DNA of 64,000 bases from Escherichia phage D6: sequence record NC_050154.1; one strand, written 5' to 3'. The notes under the pieces were generated by a model that worked only from the letters and a program-made list of their open reading frames with translations, ran no database searches and was not told the DNA's origin. The translations under genes were made by a program, and so were the position numbers. Shown here piece after piece: positions 18,294-28,240 of this stretch. How positions within the stretch are numbered: the stretch's first letter is position 1; each line of letters starts with the position of its first letter.

Positions 18294-18339
18294 TTATTCC
18301 TCCGAAAAGCAGGTATCTGTTCATTTTCCAGAGGATAGG

Positions 18340-18355
18340 GAGTGTGTGATTTGCG
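18340..18355 (-). promoter_or_regulatory. candidate late-promoter box (CGCAAATCACACACTC on minus strand)
   Basis: Upstream of the pmgB-like start; same AAATCACA core. Confidence 0.45.
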
Positions 18356-18398
18356 ATGGGGATTGAATGAAGATCTTTGCCGGTCGAGAAGCGATTAT

Positions 18399-18660
18399 TG
18401 AGGGTGATTTTTACACCTTAAGTGACGCTACTCACATATCCACAGAGTATTTTTATAAACCTTTTTCCATTTTTAATCCTTTTTAGATCCTTTTTAGGCG
18501 TCGCTGGAGCCAGTAGTGGCGCGGGCTGTAGAGGAGGCTGGTGTAAGATTTGCCCTCAATTAAATACGATCGGTGTAAGATTTGCCCTCAAAAGGTGTAA
18601 GATTTGCCCTCAAAAGGTGTAGTAATTGCCCTCAAAGTGATGTAAAAATTGCCCTCACCA
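18399..18660. other. origin-like region: inverted iteron, DnaA-box-like TATCCACAG (~18437), AT-rich stretch, five direct iterons
   Basis: Read directly; classic iteron-plasmid origin layout upstream of the rep gene. Confidence 0.65.
18540..18657 (+). repeat. iteron array, 5 direct copies of GGTGTAAGATTTGCCCTCA (last two degenerate), mostly 22-23 bp spacing
   Basis: Copies begin near 18540, 18572, 18594, 18616, 18639. Confidence 0.85.
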
Positions 18661-18681
18661 TTTGAAGGATCACACAGGGTT

Positions 18682-19437
18682 ATGAACAGAGCGGAATTAA
18701 CAGCAAAAGCCGTCAGCCTGATTGAGTCAGCGACACCTATTAGTCGTAGTTTGGCACAAGCCAATGAGATCACGGAGGCTGCTTATCACCTGACTCGCGA
18801 CCAAAAGCGACTGTTGTTTATTGTGGTGGGAAGACTTCGCTATGCTTCTAAGGATGGCGTTCTTGGTTCAGGTGCCTGTGAGTTGACGGTCAACGAATAT
18901 GCAGAGATGTATAATTTGCCCTCTGCTGAAGCCAGCAAGGATATTCGTAAGGCCATTTCAGGTCTTAGCGAGAAGAAAGTTACGATATATAACCCTGATG
19001 AATCGACCGAATCAGAAGACAGTTATGAGTCTTATCCTTGGATGATTAAGGATGCCTATTCACCACGGCGCGGGACTTACATTATTCATCTTAATCCATA
19101 TCTCATGCCGTTTTTTACTCTGCTTGATAAGAGATTCACAAGGCTGAATTTTACCGAAGTATCTCGCCTTACAAATCCTTATTCTATGCGGCTTTATGAG
19201 TCCTTATGCCAGTACAGGAAGGATGATGGAAGCGGCTTTGCCATACTTGGCGTCGAATGGATGCGGGAGCGTTATGGGTTACCAAAAAGCTATCAGCGGT
19301 ATGCCGAATTTAAGAGAAGTTTTTTAACGAAGGCTGTAGCAGAGATTGAAAAAAATACAAAAATGAAAATAGTCTTCTCAGAGGTGACGGAAGGCGGCAA
19401 AGTTACCAGGATAAAATTTACCTATCAGCAGTCTTAA
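18682..19437 (+). CDS. iteron-binding replication initiator, Rep_3-like
   Basis: ANEITEAAYHLTRDQKRLLFIVVGRL N-terminal signature; flanked by iterons; start moved to the ATG at 18682 because the track start lies inside an iteron. Confidence 0.8.
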   Translation: MNRAELTAKAVSLIESATPISRSLAQANEITEAAYHLTRDQKRLLFIVVGRLRYASKDGVLGSGACELTVNEYAEMYNLPSAEASKDIRKAISGLSEKKVTIYNPDESTESEDSYESYPWMIKDAYSPRRGTYIIHLNPYLMPFFTLLDKRFTRLNFTEVSRLTNPYSMRLYESLCQYRKDDGSGFAILGVEWMRERYGLPKSYQRYAEFKRSFLTKAVAEIEKNTKMKIVFSEVTEGGKVTRIKFTYQQS

Positions 19438-19770
19438 GGGCAATTTTTACACCCTTCTCAAGGTGTAGAATTTGCCCTTAACGATCGGCAATTGAGGGCA
19501 ATTTTTACATCTTAATTGCATGTATCTTGTTATTAGCAAGTTGTGTTTTTATATAACGTATTGATATATAAGGGTTATGTAAAAATCACCCTCAACCAAT
19601 ATCGTGCGTATCGTGCATTCTTATTGCGCTTTTTTATTATCATTCACTGTGTTAACTGATTGATATTATTGAAATGTGTAAAGAATGCCTTCATTACAGA
19701 TGAATTGATGATGTAAAAAATGCCCTCAAAATTGCGCTACCTTCCCTACCCGCTATCGTTGAGGGCGTGG
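19437..19770. repeat. downstream iteron-like copies in both orientations within AT-rich DNA (inc-type control region)
   Basis: AGGGCAATTTTTACACC, GGTGTAGAATTTGCCCTTA, TGAGGGCAATTTTTACATC, GATGTAAAAAATGCCCTCA. Confidence 0.6.
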
Positions 19771-19818
19771 GTGCTGACGGGAAATGAGCAACCCTCCAGC
19801 ACACATAATTAAAGCGCT

Positions 19819-20526
19819 TCAGAATTTAATCACTCCACTCACAGCTCCCTTTAACGCACTTGTAGCCATGCCTGCGGCACCGTTGACCAAAGCAGAAACA
19901 CCTGAGCCTGCGGATGTGTATTTCTGGAAAGTGATTGGGTATGACAAGAACTCTGACACCTGATCACGTGAGCGAGTGATTTCCCCAAGTTGTGTAGGAA
20001 ATACGCGCATTTCTTCTTCCAGTTCTTTTCCGCCGTCCTGAGTTACCCGGTAGACACGGATTTTCATCAGATATTCCGGAGGAAGGTTTATTGTTCCATC
20101 AGGATTTGTTACACGAGAACGACGCTCTTTGAACCAGTCCATGATCTTGCCATCTTCGGTATCCCTCACGGTCATAGTGACCGGTCCGGCGCTAACATAG
20201 GTTGGCTTGCTGAATTCTACGCTGCCGATCACCTTGCTTTCTGTCTCGATGTTCCCACTGCTGTAGGTGATATCCTTCACGAACATATCGAAGCCGTTCA
20301 GACCATCCACTTCAACGGTCCACTGCCACCCCTGGGCGTAACGGATACGCATAGCGGCAGCAACAATATTTTTCCCGTAGGCAATATCGCTACTGTAATT
20401 CCCGCTTACCCCGCCGCCTGATATGGCTTTATCAAGAATGTCGCTAATGAGGTTGCTGGTGAATGATTTCGTGTTAAATGACAATGCGGTGGTCAACGTT
20501 CTACCAACGCTGCTGAAAATACTCAC
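19819..20526 (-). CDS. hypothetical virion structural protein
   Basis: 235-aa ORF, last gene of the minus-strand structural operon. Confidence 0.5.
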   Translation of the reverse strand: MSIFSSVGRTLTTALSFNTKSFTSNLISDILDKAISGGGVSGNYSSDIAYGKNIVAAAMRIRYAQGWQWTVEVDGLNGFDMFVKDITYSSGNIETESKVIGSVEFSKPTYVSAGPVTMTVRDTEDGKIMDWFKERRSRVTNPDGTINLPPEYLMKIRVYRVTQDGGKELEEEMRVFPTQLGEITRSRDQVSEFLSYPITFQKYTSAGSGVSALVNGAAGMATSALKGAVSGVIKF

Positions 20527-20541
20527 TCTGCGCCTCCAGCG

Positions 20542-21093
20542 TTAAAAAATGGTAGCCCCCGGAATAATGGCCCGGTTTGAGGACATTTTTTCCTCAATCT
20601 CCTGCACGCGGGCATATAGCGTGGCTTCATCGGGCAGATCGGAGTAGTCAAATTTCCCGTCGATGGATGCTCTACGCTGCCGGGCGACATTTCTTACGTT
20701 GATAAGCGCCTCCAGATATTCCTCCAGCATTCCAATGATTGCAGGAGGCACTTGCCATTCATCCAGCTTTCTGTCGCGTAGATTAACCAGATACAGCATT
20801 CGAAAAGGCCAGCGTTCTGAACCTGTTAGCTCTAATTCAATAAAGCCGGATAATTCATCCGAATAGACCAACAGGCCGTTGTTGTCGGTAACATGAACCA
20901 GAGAGAGATAATCTTCTGGCAACGGGATTGCAGTACCACCAGCTCTTTCAAGTTTTAACGTTTTCACTACCCCTGCCCTGTCCTGATACGTGGTCAGAGC
21001 TTTGATCAGGAATGCTTTCAACGTTTCTTCTTCACGCACAAGCAGCGGATTAAATCGCTCTTTAACGCTTTCTAATAATTCAATTGGTGTCAT
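20542..21093 (-). CDS. hypothetical virion structural protein
   Basis: 183-aa ORF, operon context. Confidence 0.5.
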   Translation of the reverse strand: MTPIELLESVKERFNPLLVREEETLKAFLIKALTTYQDRAGVVKTLKLERAGGTAIPLPEDYLSLVHVTDNNGLLVYSDELSGFIELELTGSERWPFRMLYLVNLRDRKLDEWQVPPAIIGMLEEYLEALINVRNVARQRRASIDGKFDYSDLPDEATLYARVQEIEEKMSSNRAIIPGATIF

Positions 21094-21147
21094 TGTTGCC
21101 TACAACTCAATAACAAGGATGTTCCCGCCACAAGGGCGGGATAGGGA

Positions 21148-21639
21148 TTATTCCGCCCAGTTGTAAACAATGCGCAGGGAAGGTTTAACGACCGCCGTTA
21201 CGTCTTCGGATGAGAAGTCCACGGCGTCGGAATACACTTTGCAATGAGAATATGTGCGGATCAGACCTTTATGGTTACCGCTATTCGATTCAGCCGCCGC
21301 CTGTAAGGTAATTTCCAGATATTCTTTTCCGTATACCATCTGTTTTACAGCGGCGAGAACTGCGCCTTCGATAGTTTCCGCGCATGTGACCTGAAATTCA
21401 CCAGAGTTGCGTAATGGTCCGTGCTGGTTGAATTTCATGCCACCAGGGGCGTAATCCTCCACATCTTCACGTGTCATTTCTGGTAACTGAGCTGTACGAA
21501 CTAGTACAGACAGATGTTCGTAACCCTTAATGGTCATCCAATATTCAGAACCAATAAGTTTTTCGCCTGCAGCCAGGTTTTTATTAAACCGGGATTTTAG
21601 AAAGGCCATATCGGCTTTTGTATTTGCAAAACCGGACAT
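21148..21639 (-). CDS. hypothetical tail protein
   Basis: 163-aa ORF, operon context. Confidence 0.45.
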   Translation of the reverse strand: MSGFANTKADMAFLKSRFNKNLAAGEKLIGSEYWMTIKGYEHLSVLVRTAQLPEMTREDVEDYAPGGMKFNQHGPLRNSGEFQVTCAETIEGAVLAAVKQMVYGKEYLEITLQAAAESNSGNHKGLIRTYSHCKVYSDAVDFSSEDVTAVVKPSLRIVYNWAE

Positions 21640-21647
21640 AAATACTC

Positions 21648-22238
21648 CTACACAAAAACAGATGAGATATTGCTACGGTTGATCGATGTGTTACCGCTGC
21701 ATTGCAGGGTTACCGTGTTATGAGTGAAATAGCCTTCCGGTGTGCGCGGGGCGTCCAGTTGGTAACTCACGCTTTTGATAACAACGTCGGTAAGGGCTAT
21801 GTTCCTACCTATGTTTAACGTTACTGTCTCCGGGCGACGACCGAATGGCGCTACATTGTTCAGTTCCGGCGATTCCATCTTCAGCAATGCTGTAATGGCT
21901 GCGTTCACTTCAAGTTGCGCATTCACTGTCGCCATGAAATCAATTACCAGATTAAATTCAGGCGGTTGCTGACCTTCCCAAACAAGCATTGAGTTGAAGA
22001 GGGTTTTTGTTGTTACGCCGGTTGCGGTCTGAAGCGTATCTGCAAGAGAGCCAGCCGCAGCGCTAATACCGCCAAGCAAACCTCCTACTGACTGGTTTTC
22101 AAATGGTGATTGCCACATTGATGACAGTTCTGCGGTAGATCCTTCACCGATATAACCGACGACCATATCCTCTGAAGAGAGGATATAAACCTTCATTAAC
22201 GGACTTATTCCGTCAGGCATTATCGCGCCGCAAATCAA
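21648..22238 (-). CDS. putative tail tube protein
   Basis: 196 aa, two genes downstream of the sheath-like gene; size matches myovirus tube proteins. Confidence 0.4.
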   Translation of the reverse strand: MICGAIMPDGISPLMKVYILSSEDMVVGYIGEGSTAELSSMWQSPFENQSVGGLLGGISAAAGSLADTLQTATGVTTKTLFNSMLVWEGQQPPEFNLVIDFMATVNAQLEVNAAITALLKMESPELNNVAPFGRRPETVTLNIGRNIALTDVVIKSVSYQLDAPRTPEGYFTHNTVTLQCSGNTSINRSNISSVFV

Positions 22239-22287
22239 ACGCTATTTCTCCCAGGTAGAGGCCACCTTTGCAGGCGGCCTGTGTCAC

Positions 22288-23028
22288 TTACAAACCGCGT
22301 TTTTTGCGAATGCGCATTGATTTTTTGCGGTTGATATTCGCTACGGATGTATGTGCTTTGCGGCGTGCTTTTTTCAGCGCCTGTTTTTGCAATGACGTCA
22401 TGCGGCGAGGACGCGGGCGTTTACGGATGATGGTAACCTTGCCATCACGAACCACTTTTTTACGTACCGCTTCCAGCATTGCGCTATCACCACCAGCAAC
22501 GGTGTAAATGGCAATAGCTGTTTCCATCATGTCGGTGTCGCTTTCGGAAAGAGCGTCATAAACACGTTCGGCAGCTGAGTCATCTTCATCGTCGATCATT
22601 TCGGTTACATCGTCCTGATCAGCGCCAAGCGCAACAGCTGCATCAGCAAGAGCTGCGAGAGCATCGTTATAAGCATCGATTTGCTCATCGGTGAAATCGG
22701 TGTCTTCATCGATATCAGCCAGGCCAGCCATAGTGATTGCTAATGCATCAAATGAGTCAGCCTCCGGATCACCATCTTCAACCCAACCAGCAAGCATGGA
22801 AGCTGCCAGGCTGCGCATATCACCTTGTGCACGGGATTCAACCGCTTCCATCATCGCGGTTTCAATGTCGTCTTTGGGCTTTGGTTGAGTGTCCTTTCCT
22901 TTCTGTCCTGCGCTTTCCAGCATGGCGTTATCATTATTGTCCTGCGTGGATTTATCACCGCTTTCAAAGCAGCCAGAACCGAAAATCGCACGCATAAAAG
23001 GATCAGCAGTATAATTTTTCATATTCAA
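22288..23028 (-). CDS. acidic protein with basic C-terminal tail (scaffold/internal-protein-like)
   Basis: 246 aa, Asp/Glu-rich core and KKARRKAH...RKKRGL tail. Confidence 0.45.
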   Translation of the reverse strand: MNMKNYTADPFMRAIFGSGCFESGDKSTQDNNDNAMLESAGQKGKDTQPKPKDDIETAMMEAVESRAQGDMRSLAASMLAGWVEDGDPEADSFDALAITMAGLADIDEDTDFTDEQIDAYNDALAALADAAVALGADQDDVTEMIDDEDDSAAERVYDALSESDTDMMETAIAIYTVAGGDSAMLEAVRKKVVRDGKVTIIRKRPRPRRMTSLQKQALKKARRKAHTSVANINRKKSMRIRKKRGL

Positions 23029-23065
23029 ACCTCTCTCCCCCGCATCATTTAGCGGGGGTTATAAA

Positions 23066-24724
23066 TCAGCGCATCAGAATTGGCTTACCGACGATTCGGC
23101 GAGCTGTACCGGTCGGACAAACAGACCAGGACACTTCCCACAGATCGATGTCCTTTTGGACAACCTGAACAACATATGGATCTTCACCCTGGGACTTGTC
23201 ACGTGGAGTAACCAGCGCACCGGCTGCAACGTAACGGTCAAGCAATTCAGTCATTGCTTTCATTAGCGTTTCTTTGGTAATGCCATCCGGTTCGTGCTTA
23301 ATCGCCTGAGCTACTTCATAGAAATCTCTGGCGATGGCGTTCATCAAGGAAGACACATGCTGGAATCGCAGATAGTTGTTTTTGCTGTAAGTTGTTAAAG
23401 AGTCGTCAATGTAAACGGACCCGTCAGCAGCAACTGAAACTGGATTAATGCGCGCAAGAACGAACGCTTCACGATCAACTGCACCGATATTTGGAATTCG
23501 GGCAATGTTCTGTCGATCAATAATCGCGCGTGATATACCTGCCGGTGCGTAATGCCAACCACCAACATCCGGTACCAGCGCCACTCCTTTTGCTTTCGCT
23601 ACGAATGCGTCGCAGCTAATGCCATAGACGACATTCATTCCAGTGAAAGTATCTCGGCAGGAGAGCGGGAAGTAGTAACGGCTTGGTTGATGTGAGCCGC
23701 CAAAACTATGGCTTTTCGCTTCTGAAATAGCGTTTTCAGGTGTCTGGTTGCCCTTCAGGTCATAGAACATGTCTACGCGAACATCTTCAGCCAGCTTTTT
23801 GATTGCGGCTAAGGCGGATGCGTCATAACAACCCAGTGACAGCAATGCGGTGTAATTAACCTCTGAAGCTTCGAGAACCTTTAATGCTTCCAGATAGTCT
23901 TCAGTGTCAATTTCGGACAGATCTCCATCAGTACCACCTTCAAAAGCTACATCCTCAAAAATGAGTTGAGCAGCGGATGCTTCTGCATTATCTGCCAGTA
24001 CGGCACCAATGCGAGTGGACTGGCTTTCAAGCAGTGTCGGAATCCATGCTGGTTGGCCCATGTCGTTAGTGCCTTCTGGATTGAAAGACACTTGGTGGCT
24101 TTCCAGCACCTCAATGGACCCATCGGTTTGTTTTTCTTTCAGCGTCAGCGTAAAGAGTTCGCTTTCTTCATCATCGCGAGTTAGTGATAACGTGCGATTT
24201 TGAGATGCATCACCATCTTTGATGAAGAATAATGCCTTCTCTTCACCTTTAATCTGGGGCGTCTCTTTGGGTGTGAAGGACACTGATTGAGTCGTTGCAG
24301 TTGAAGCAACACCAACGCTTAATGTGTCACCTGGATTTACTGTGGTTTCAGTAGGTTCAACGGAAAGTTCTTTGCTCGCCTTTGCCGCTTTTGCTTTGCC
24401 CACAACGGAAACAGAAATACCCGGCACCTTCATGTCTTTAGCGCAAACTCGAACGACATATCCAGATCCGCCTTTTACTGCACGCTCCACGTGGCGATAT
24501 GGTTCAAATGCCGCGCCCTGGCGAGGGTGAATCGGTGAACCTAATACGCTTTGATAAGTCGTATCGTCAACTTTCAGTACCTTACCCGGTGCGCCACGAC
24601 GCGATATTACAAGCCCAGCAAAGACGGATGCGCCACCGCTGGTATTGGTGAGGGTAGCGTCAGCATTTACTGACATTACAGCAACGCCAGCTGCCTGCCC
24701 TACCGAAAAACTAATCTTATTCAT
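23066..24724 (-). CDS. putative contractile tail sheath protein
   Basis: 552 aa next to the largest structural gene; assignment by size and order. Confidence 0.45.
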   Translation of the reverse strand: MNKISFSVGQAAGVAVMSVNADATLTNTSGGASVFAGLVISRRGAPGKVLKVDDTTYQSVLGSPIHPRQGAAFEPYRHVERAVKGGSGYVVRVCAKDMKVPGISVSVVGKAKAAKASKELSVEPTETTVNPGDTLSVGVASTATTQSVSFTPKETPQIKGEEKALFFIKDGDASQNRTLSLTRDDEESELFTLTLKEKQTDGSIEVLESHQVSFNPEGTNDMGQPAWIPTLLESQSTRIGAVLADNAEASAAQLIFEDVAFEGGTDGDLSEIDTEDYLEALKVLEASEVNYTALLSLGCYDASALAAIKKLAEDVRVDMFYDLKGNQTPENAISEAKSHSFGGSHQPSRYYFPLSCRDTFTGMNVVYGISCDAFVAKAKGVALVPDVGGWHYAPAGISRAIIDRQNIARIPNIGAVDREAFVLARINPVSVAADGSVYIDDSLTTYSKNNYLRFQHVSSLMNAIARDFYEVAQAIKHEPDGITKETLMKAMTELLDRYVAAGALVTPRDKSQGEDPYVVQVVQKDIDLWEVSWSVCPTGTARRIVGKPILMR

Positions 24725-24791
24725 GCTGGTTCTTATCCTCTAAAGCGAGAGAACGAGGCAAGGCTACCCACGGTTAATGGGCAGCCTCTGA

Positions 24792-25070
24792 TCAGGATTC
24801 GCTTACCGTGAAGTTGTCGCCTACGGTTACTTCTTTCGTAGTTGGTTCAACACTGACGGCGCTTACGCTTTTAGGTGCCTCCCTAACAGTGACTGTGCAC
24901 TGTGCGGTTTTATTGCCGTCATTTGTTTTGATTGTCAGCACTGCCTGCCCGGCCTTAAGAGCGGTACATGTAGTGCCATCAACCTGGACAATTTCAGGGT
25001 GATCTGACTCAACAGTGAAAGATTTGTCTGTTGCGTCAGATGGCGTGATAGTTACTTGAATGTTTGCCAT
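24792..25070 (-). CDS. Ig-like domain protein (decoration/accessory)
   Basis: 92 aa, Thr/Val-rich beta-strand pattern. Confidence 0.45.
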   Translation of the reverse strand: MANIQVTITPSDATDKSFTVESDHPEIVQVDGTTCTALKAGQAVLTIKTNDGNKTAQCTVTVREAPKSVSAVSVEPTTKEVTVGDNFTVSES

Positions 25071-25217
25071 TCTTTTCTCCTGAACGCCCCTTATTCAGGG
25101 GCGTGTTTTTGCCTTACTTCTGCTTTGTTTTTTTCTGTGCCTTTGAAGTGTTCGCGGCGATAGTTTCACCTTCATCTACGTCAAGTGACGTTGGTGATAC
25201 CGACACGTTCGCCACCA

Positions 25218-26915
25218 TCACTTTTTTTCGTTAACCTTGCCTGTCAGCATGTCGATAGCACCTTCTTTGGCACGAGTCAGACGCAGGCGGGTGAAGTAGT
25301 TTTCACCGTTGCGAGGATGTACTTCGTTGATGGCACTGCCCCAGAGAGTGGTACGGTTAACGAGAGACGGATTGGTTTCGTGCACGTAAGGGATTGCTGG
25401 GACTGCATCACCAGCAATCAGACCGGCTTTACCGATGCCTTCGCCACGCCCATAGAAGAAGATGTCATCCAGCCCGAAGTCATATCCCTGTGCCTGGAAT
25501 TGCTCACAGACAGGTTGCGGCACTTCGTAAATACGAATCGTGCCAAACAGGGTGCCGATGTACTGTACATACGGCGACTGAACGTAACCTGGTGCGATCT
25601 GGAAGTGCTGTGGAGGCAGAGAGCGCAGGAAGTTCGCGGCGTCACCACCAGCAAAGCCGCCACGAATACCCGTTGTCAGGGTACGATTTGCCATTTCTTG
25701 AGACAGAGCGTTTACTACGTGACGCAGGAGGCCGACCCAGGACTCATAGTTTTGAGCTTCCGGCAGAGCCACATCAAATTCACGACCATAAACGGTATGG
25801 AATACCAGGGTGCGCAGACGCATGATGTCGGTTTCATGGGAGATCCAGTTACGCATCGCGGAGAACTGAAGTGCCGCTAATTCAAGGCCGTGCTCACGGC
25901 TTAAATCGGATGCGGACATTACCGTGTGTTCGGAAGCAATTACGTACTGGGACGGACGAACTTCGTACTTACGCATAGCCTGGTTGATCACCGGAATCAG
26001 GCTTGGATTGCGCTCGATGTTAATTTCGACCTGAACAGCAATTTCAGTACCTTCTGGCGGAGCCTGGGTAAATGTAATGTCAATGACACCAGTGTCATAG
26101 GCAACTTTGGCAGTCGCTGAGAAAGCATTACCTTTGCTGTCTTTAGCATTGAAATAAAGGTTGCCATCGCCGTCGTCAACTTTGGACGGTTTGCGGTTGA
26201 TCAGCAGTTTGTTATAACCAGCGCGAAGCGGGCAGGATTGTCCCTCAAAATTTTGGATGTCGAACTGGAAGGTTTTGGTGCTGCCATCCCCTTTAGTGGA
26301 AAGGGTATACAGGCGCTTCATTTGAGAATAAACACCAGCTGACTGCATATTCAGTTCGTCACCTTGTTTGAAGGTGCCGAATTTTGTGCCTGCTACGTTG
26401 ACCAGTTCATAAATATTTGACTCGTCACGATCACAAGGAACAAAAGTACAGGCATCACTGGTAGCAGCGCCCAGAGAGGCAGGCAGAATTAGAGCAGCAT
26501 ATTGAGCAACTTTCATTACGCCGTCAGAGCTACGCATTGATTGCGCGACAGACTCAAACATTGCCTTACCCGTGCCTTCATGGGTATCACTGGCACATTC
26601 AGTCATCAAGCGTTCAAGAGCCATGTGTGCGTTCGCCAGGATGTCACTTGCCGGGTAATGACCATGTTGACGTTTATACTCATGCAGAGACATAGCCCAC
26701 CCACCAGTGATCTGACGAGCGACCTCTGGATTTACGCCTTCAAACATAGGCACTTTCTGGATTGCTTTATCCAGGTTTTCCATCATTACTGCCTGGTCAG
26801 CAATCATGTTTCCTGCTGCATCGGTGGTCGGATCGACGGTCATAGCCATGACGCTTGCCGCCCGATTCATAATCTCGCGCTCGCGATCACGAGCTGGCTG
26901 AATGTTTTTATTCAC
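25218..26915 (-). CDS. putative major capsid protein
   Basis: 565 aa, first gene after a late-promoter box; assignment by size and order. Confidence 0.45.
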   Translation of the reverse strand: MNKNIQPARDREREIMNRAASVMAMTVDPTTDAAGNMIADQAVMMENLDKAIQKVPMFEGVNPEVARQITGGWAMSLHEYKRQHGHYPASDILANAHMALERLMTECASDTHEGTGKAMFESVAQSMRSSDGVMKVAQYAALILPASLGAATSDACTFVPCDRDESNIYELVNVAGTKFGTFKQGDELNMQSAGVYSQMKRLYTLSTKGDGSTKTFQFDIQNFEGQSCPLRAGYNKLLINRKPSKVDDGDGNLYFNAKDSKGNAFSATAKVAYDTGVIDITFTQAPPEGTEIAVQVEINIERNPSLIPVINQAMRKYEVRPSQYVIASEHTVMSASDLSREHGLELAALQFSAMRNWISHETDIMRLRTLVFHTVYGREFDVALPEAQNYESWVGLLRHVVNALSQEMANRTLTTGIRGGFAGGDAANFLRSLPPQHFQIAPGYVQSPYVQYIGTLFGTIRIYEVPQPVCEQFQAQGYDFGLDDIFFYGRGEGIGKAGLIAGDAVPAIPYVHETNPSLVNRTTLWGSAINEVHPRNGENYFTRLRLTRAKEGAIDMLTGKVNEKK

Positions 26916-26971
26916 GGTTAAGCCCTAAATTCGGGCGCGGCGTGAAGGTTCTTTTGACGGGCTAACAATAC

Positions 26972-26987
26972 CTACTTTGTGATTTAG
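26972..26987 (-). promoter_or_regulatory. candidate late-promoter box (CTAAATCACAAAGTAG on minus strand)
   Basis: Upstream of the capsid-like gene, followed by TATTGT. Confidence 0.45.
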
Positions 26988-27044
26988 TCAATAGGTTTAG
27001 TAAAATAAAATCTATTAACACTCATGTTGTTATGTGATTTAATT

Positions 27045-27067
27045 TTGGTTTTCTAACACAAATCATT
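27045..27067 (+). promoter_or_regulatory. candidate C1-type operator (TTTCTAACACAAA)
   Basis: Member of a recurring TGTGTTAGAAA family; directly upstream of the ATG at 27074. Confidence 0.5.
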
Positions 27068-27073
27068 AGAGTT

Positions 27074-27466
27074 ATGGCGTATCGAATCTTTGTTTCGTAT
27101 AAAAATGGCGCTAAGAGCCACTCTCTGAACACAACAAGTCGCTTTCTTGTTGAGGCGCAGTTGGCATCAATTCTTGCCGAAAGTGAGATACTCTCGCTCG
27201 CTGAACGGATCGTTATCCAGTTTTCTGGTAGAGATATACTCAATGCCCCCGCCCTCACTCCGGCCTCCGAAGTTATGGAATCAATTAAATGGCCTGTATG
27301 CGGATGTCCTGCCAGGGTTGAAGAGCCGGTAACAGCAACGCTCTACATGCCGAAAGCAGTAAGAGATTGGCTTGCTATGGTTGGTAATGGGAAAGTCAGT
27401 GCTGGACTTCGCAAGTTAATTGAAATGGCAGATATTCCTGAGTTAAAAAATGCATGGCGACAATGA
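27074..27466 (+). CDS. hypothetical protein, operator-controlled
   Basis: 130-aa ORF right after the operator-like motif. Confidence 0.55.
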   Translation: MAYRIFVSYKNGAKSHSLNTTSRFLVEAQLASILAESEILSLAERIVIQFSGRDILNAPALTPASEVMESIKWPVCGCPARVEEPVTATLYMPKAVRDWLAMVGNGKVSAGLRKLIEMADIPELKNAWRQ

Positions 27467-27482
27467 GTAAACAAGGGACAAA

Positions 27483-27941
27483 ATGAGTCACGTTAACCCA
27501 TCAAAAACACAATATCGCTTAATGCTGGCGATCGCGTCAGCTATACCAACCAGCCTGAATCCCCCGGCAGGCTATCCCGCTGTTGTTGATGATTGTTTTC
27601 AGTATTACGGAGAAGACATCCTGAGCCAGTCAAAAGCGCTCAAGCAGTTATGTAAGGCAGGTATTCTTCACTGTATCGGAGATCCGGACGATTTTGTTGT
27701 TATGCTGGCGGATCGTGACTCTTTTCTACTGTCCTGGAAAGCTGGTGCGCGCGAAGCACGTTTGGGGAATGGTATTGGTTACATAGACTATAGCGATTGT
27801 CCGCTGGCATTTGCTGGTGGATATATGCATTGGCATGAGCGAAATAGGGGCCGTCAGCGTCAGTATCGTTTGAGTGACTTTAACGTCTGTCACGGTTTCG
27901 AAGAAGCTGACAGCCAGGACATCTGGCTTCAGGAGCCTTGA
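27483..27941 (+). CDS. hypothetical protein
   Basis: 152-aa ORF, second gene of a plus-strand cassette inside the late region. Confidence 0.55.
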   Translation: MSHVNPSKTQYRLMLAIASAIPTSLNPPAGYPAVVDDCFQYYGEDILSQSKALKQLCKAGILHCIGDPDDFVVMLADRDSFLLSWKAGAREARLGNGIGYIDYSDCPLAFAGGYMHWHERNRGRQRQYRLSDFNVCHGFEEADSQDIWLQEP

Positions 27942-28240
27942 TCCCCCTTCCCTTCCCAAATCTCCCTGTTTCTTTGGTTATTCAGTGCGTTTCGTTGGTT
28001 GCATTCGTCGATCGTGCTGAATAACTGTTCAGCGTATGTCGGATACTTGTTTAACAGCACTGGCGTGTCTTCTGGCACTAAACAAGGGGAGTAATCAATC
28101 AGATTTGCCTGCGGCTTGCTGGTGGCTTCTACGGTAATTTTCACTGGCACGCTGGTTGATGGCTTTTGCCCGTTCCCGCTGCATCCTGATAACGTCATCA
28201 GGCACACGCACATCGTTAATCCCAGCACGGCGTAACGCAT
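27929..28240 (-). CDS. o-spanin (outer-membrane lipoprotein), overlapping the i-spanin 3' end
   Basis: Signal peptide with lipobox LMTLSGC, Pro-rich body; start chosen at MRYAVLG. Confidence 0.65.
   Translation of the reverse strand: MRYAVLGLTMCVCLMTLSGCSGNGQKPSTSVPVKITVEATSKPQANLIDYSPCLVPEDTPVLLNKYPTYAEQLFSTIDECNQRNALNNQRNREIWEGKGDQGS

Noticed and set aside
18540-18657. Possible CRISPR array because of regularly spaced direct repeats
   Set aside because: Repeats are 19 bp with only ~3-13 bp between copies, sit immediately upstream of a Rep_3-type initiator, and recur inverted downstream; this is an iteron origin, and no cas genes are present.
25084-25104. Hairpin ACGCCCCTTATTCAGGGGCGT with T-run as a terminator between the capsid-like and Ig-like genes
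   Set aside because: The T-run follows the stem only on the plus strand, while the flanking genes are on the minus strand; at most a minus-strand leader stem-loop, so not called.
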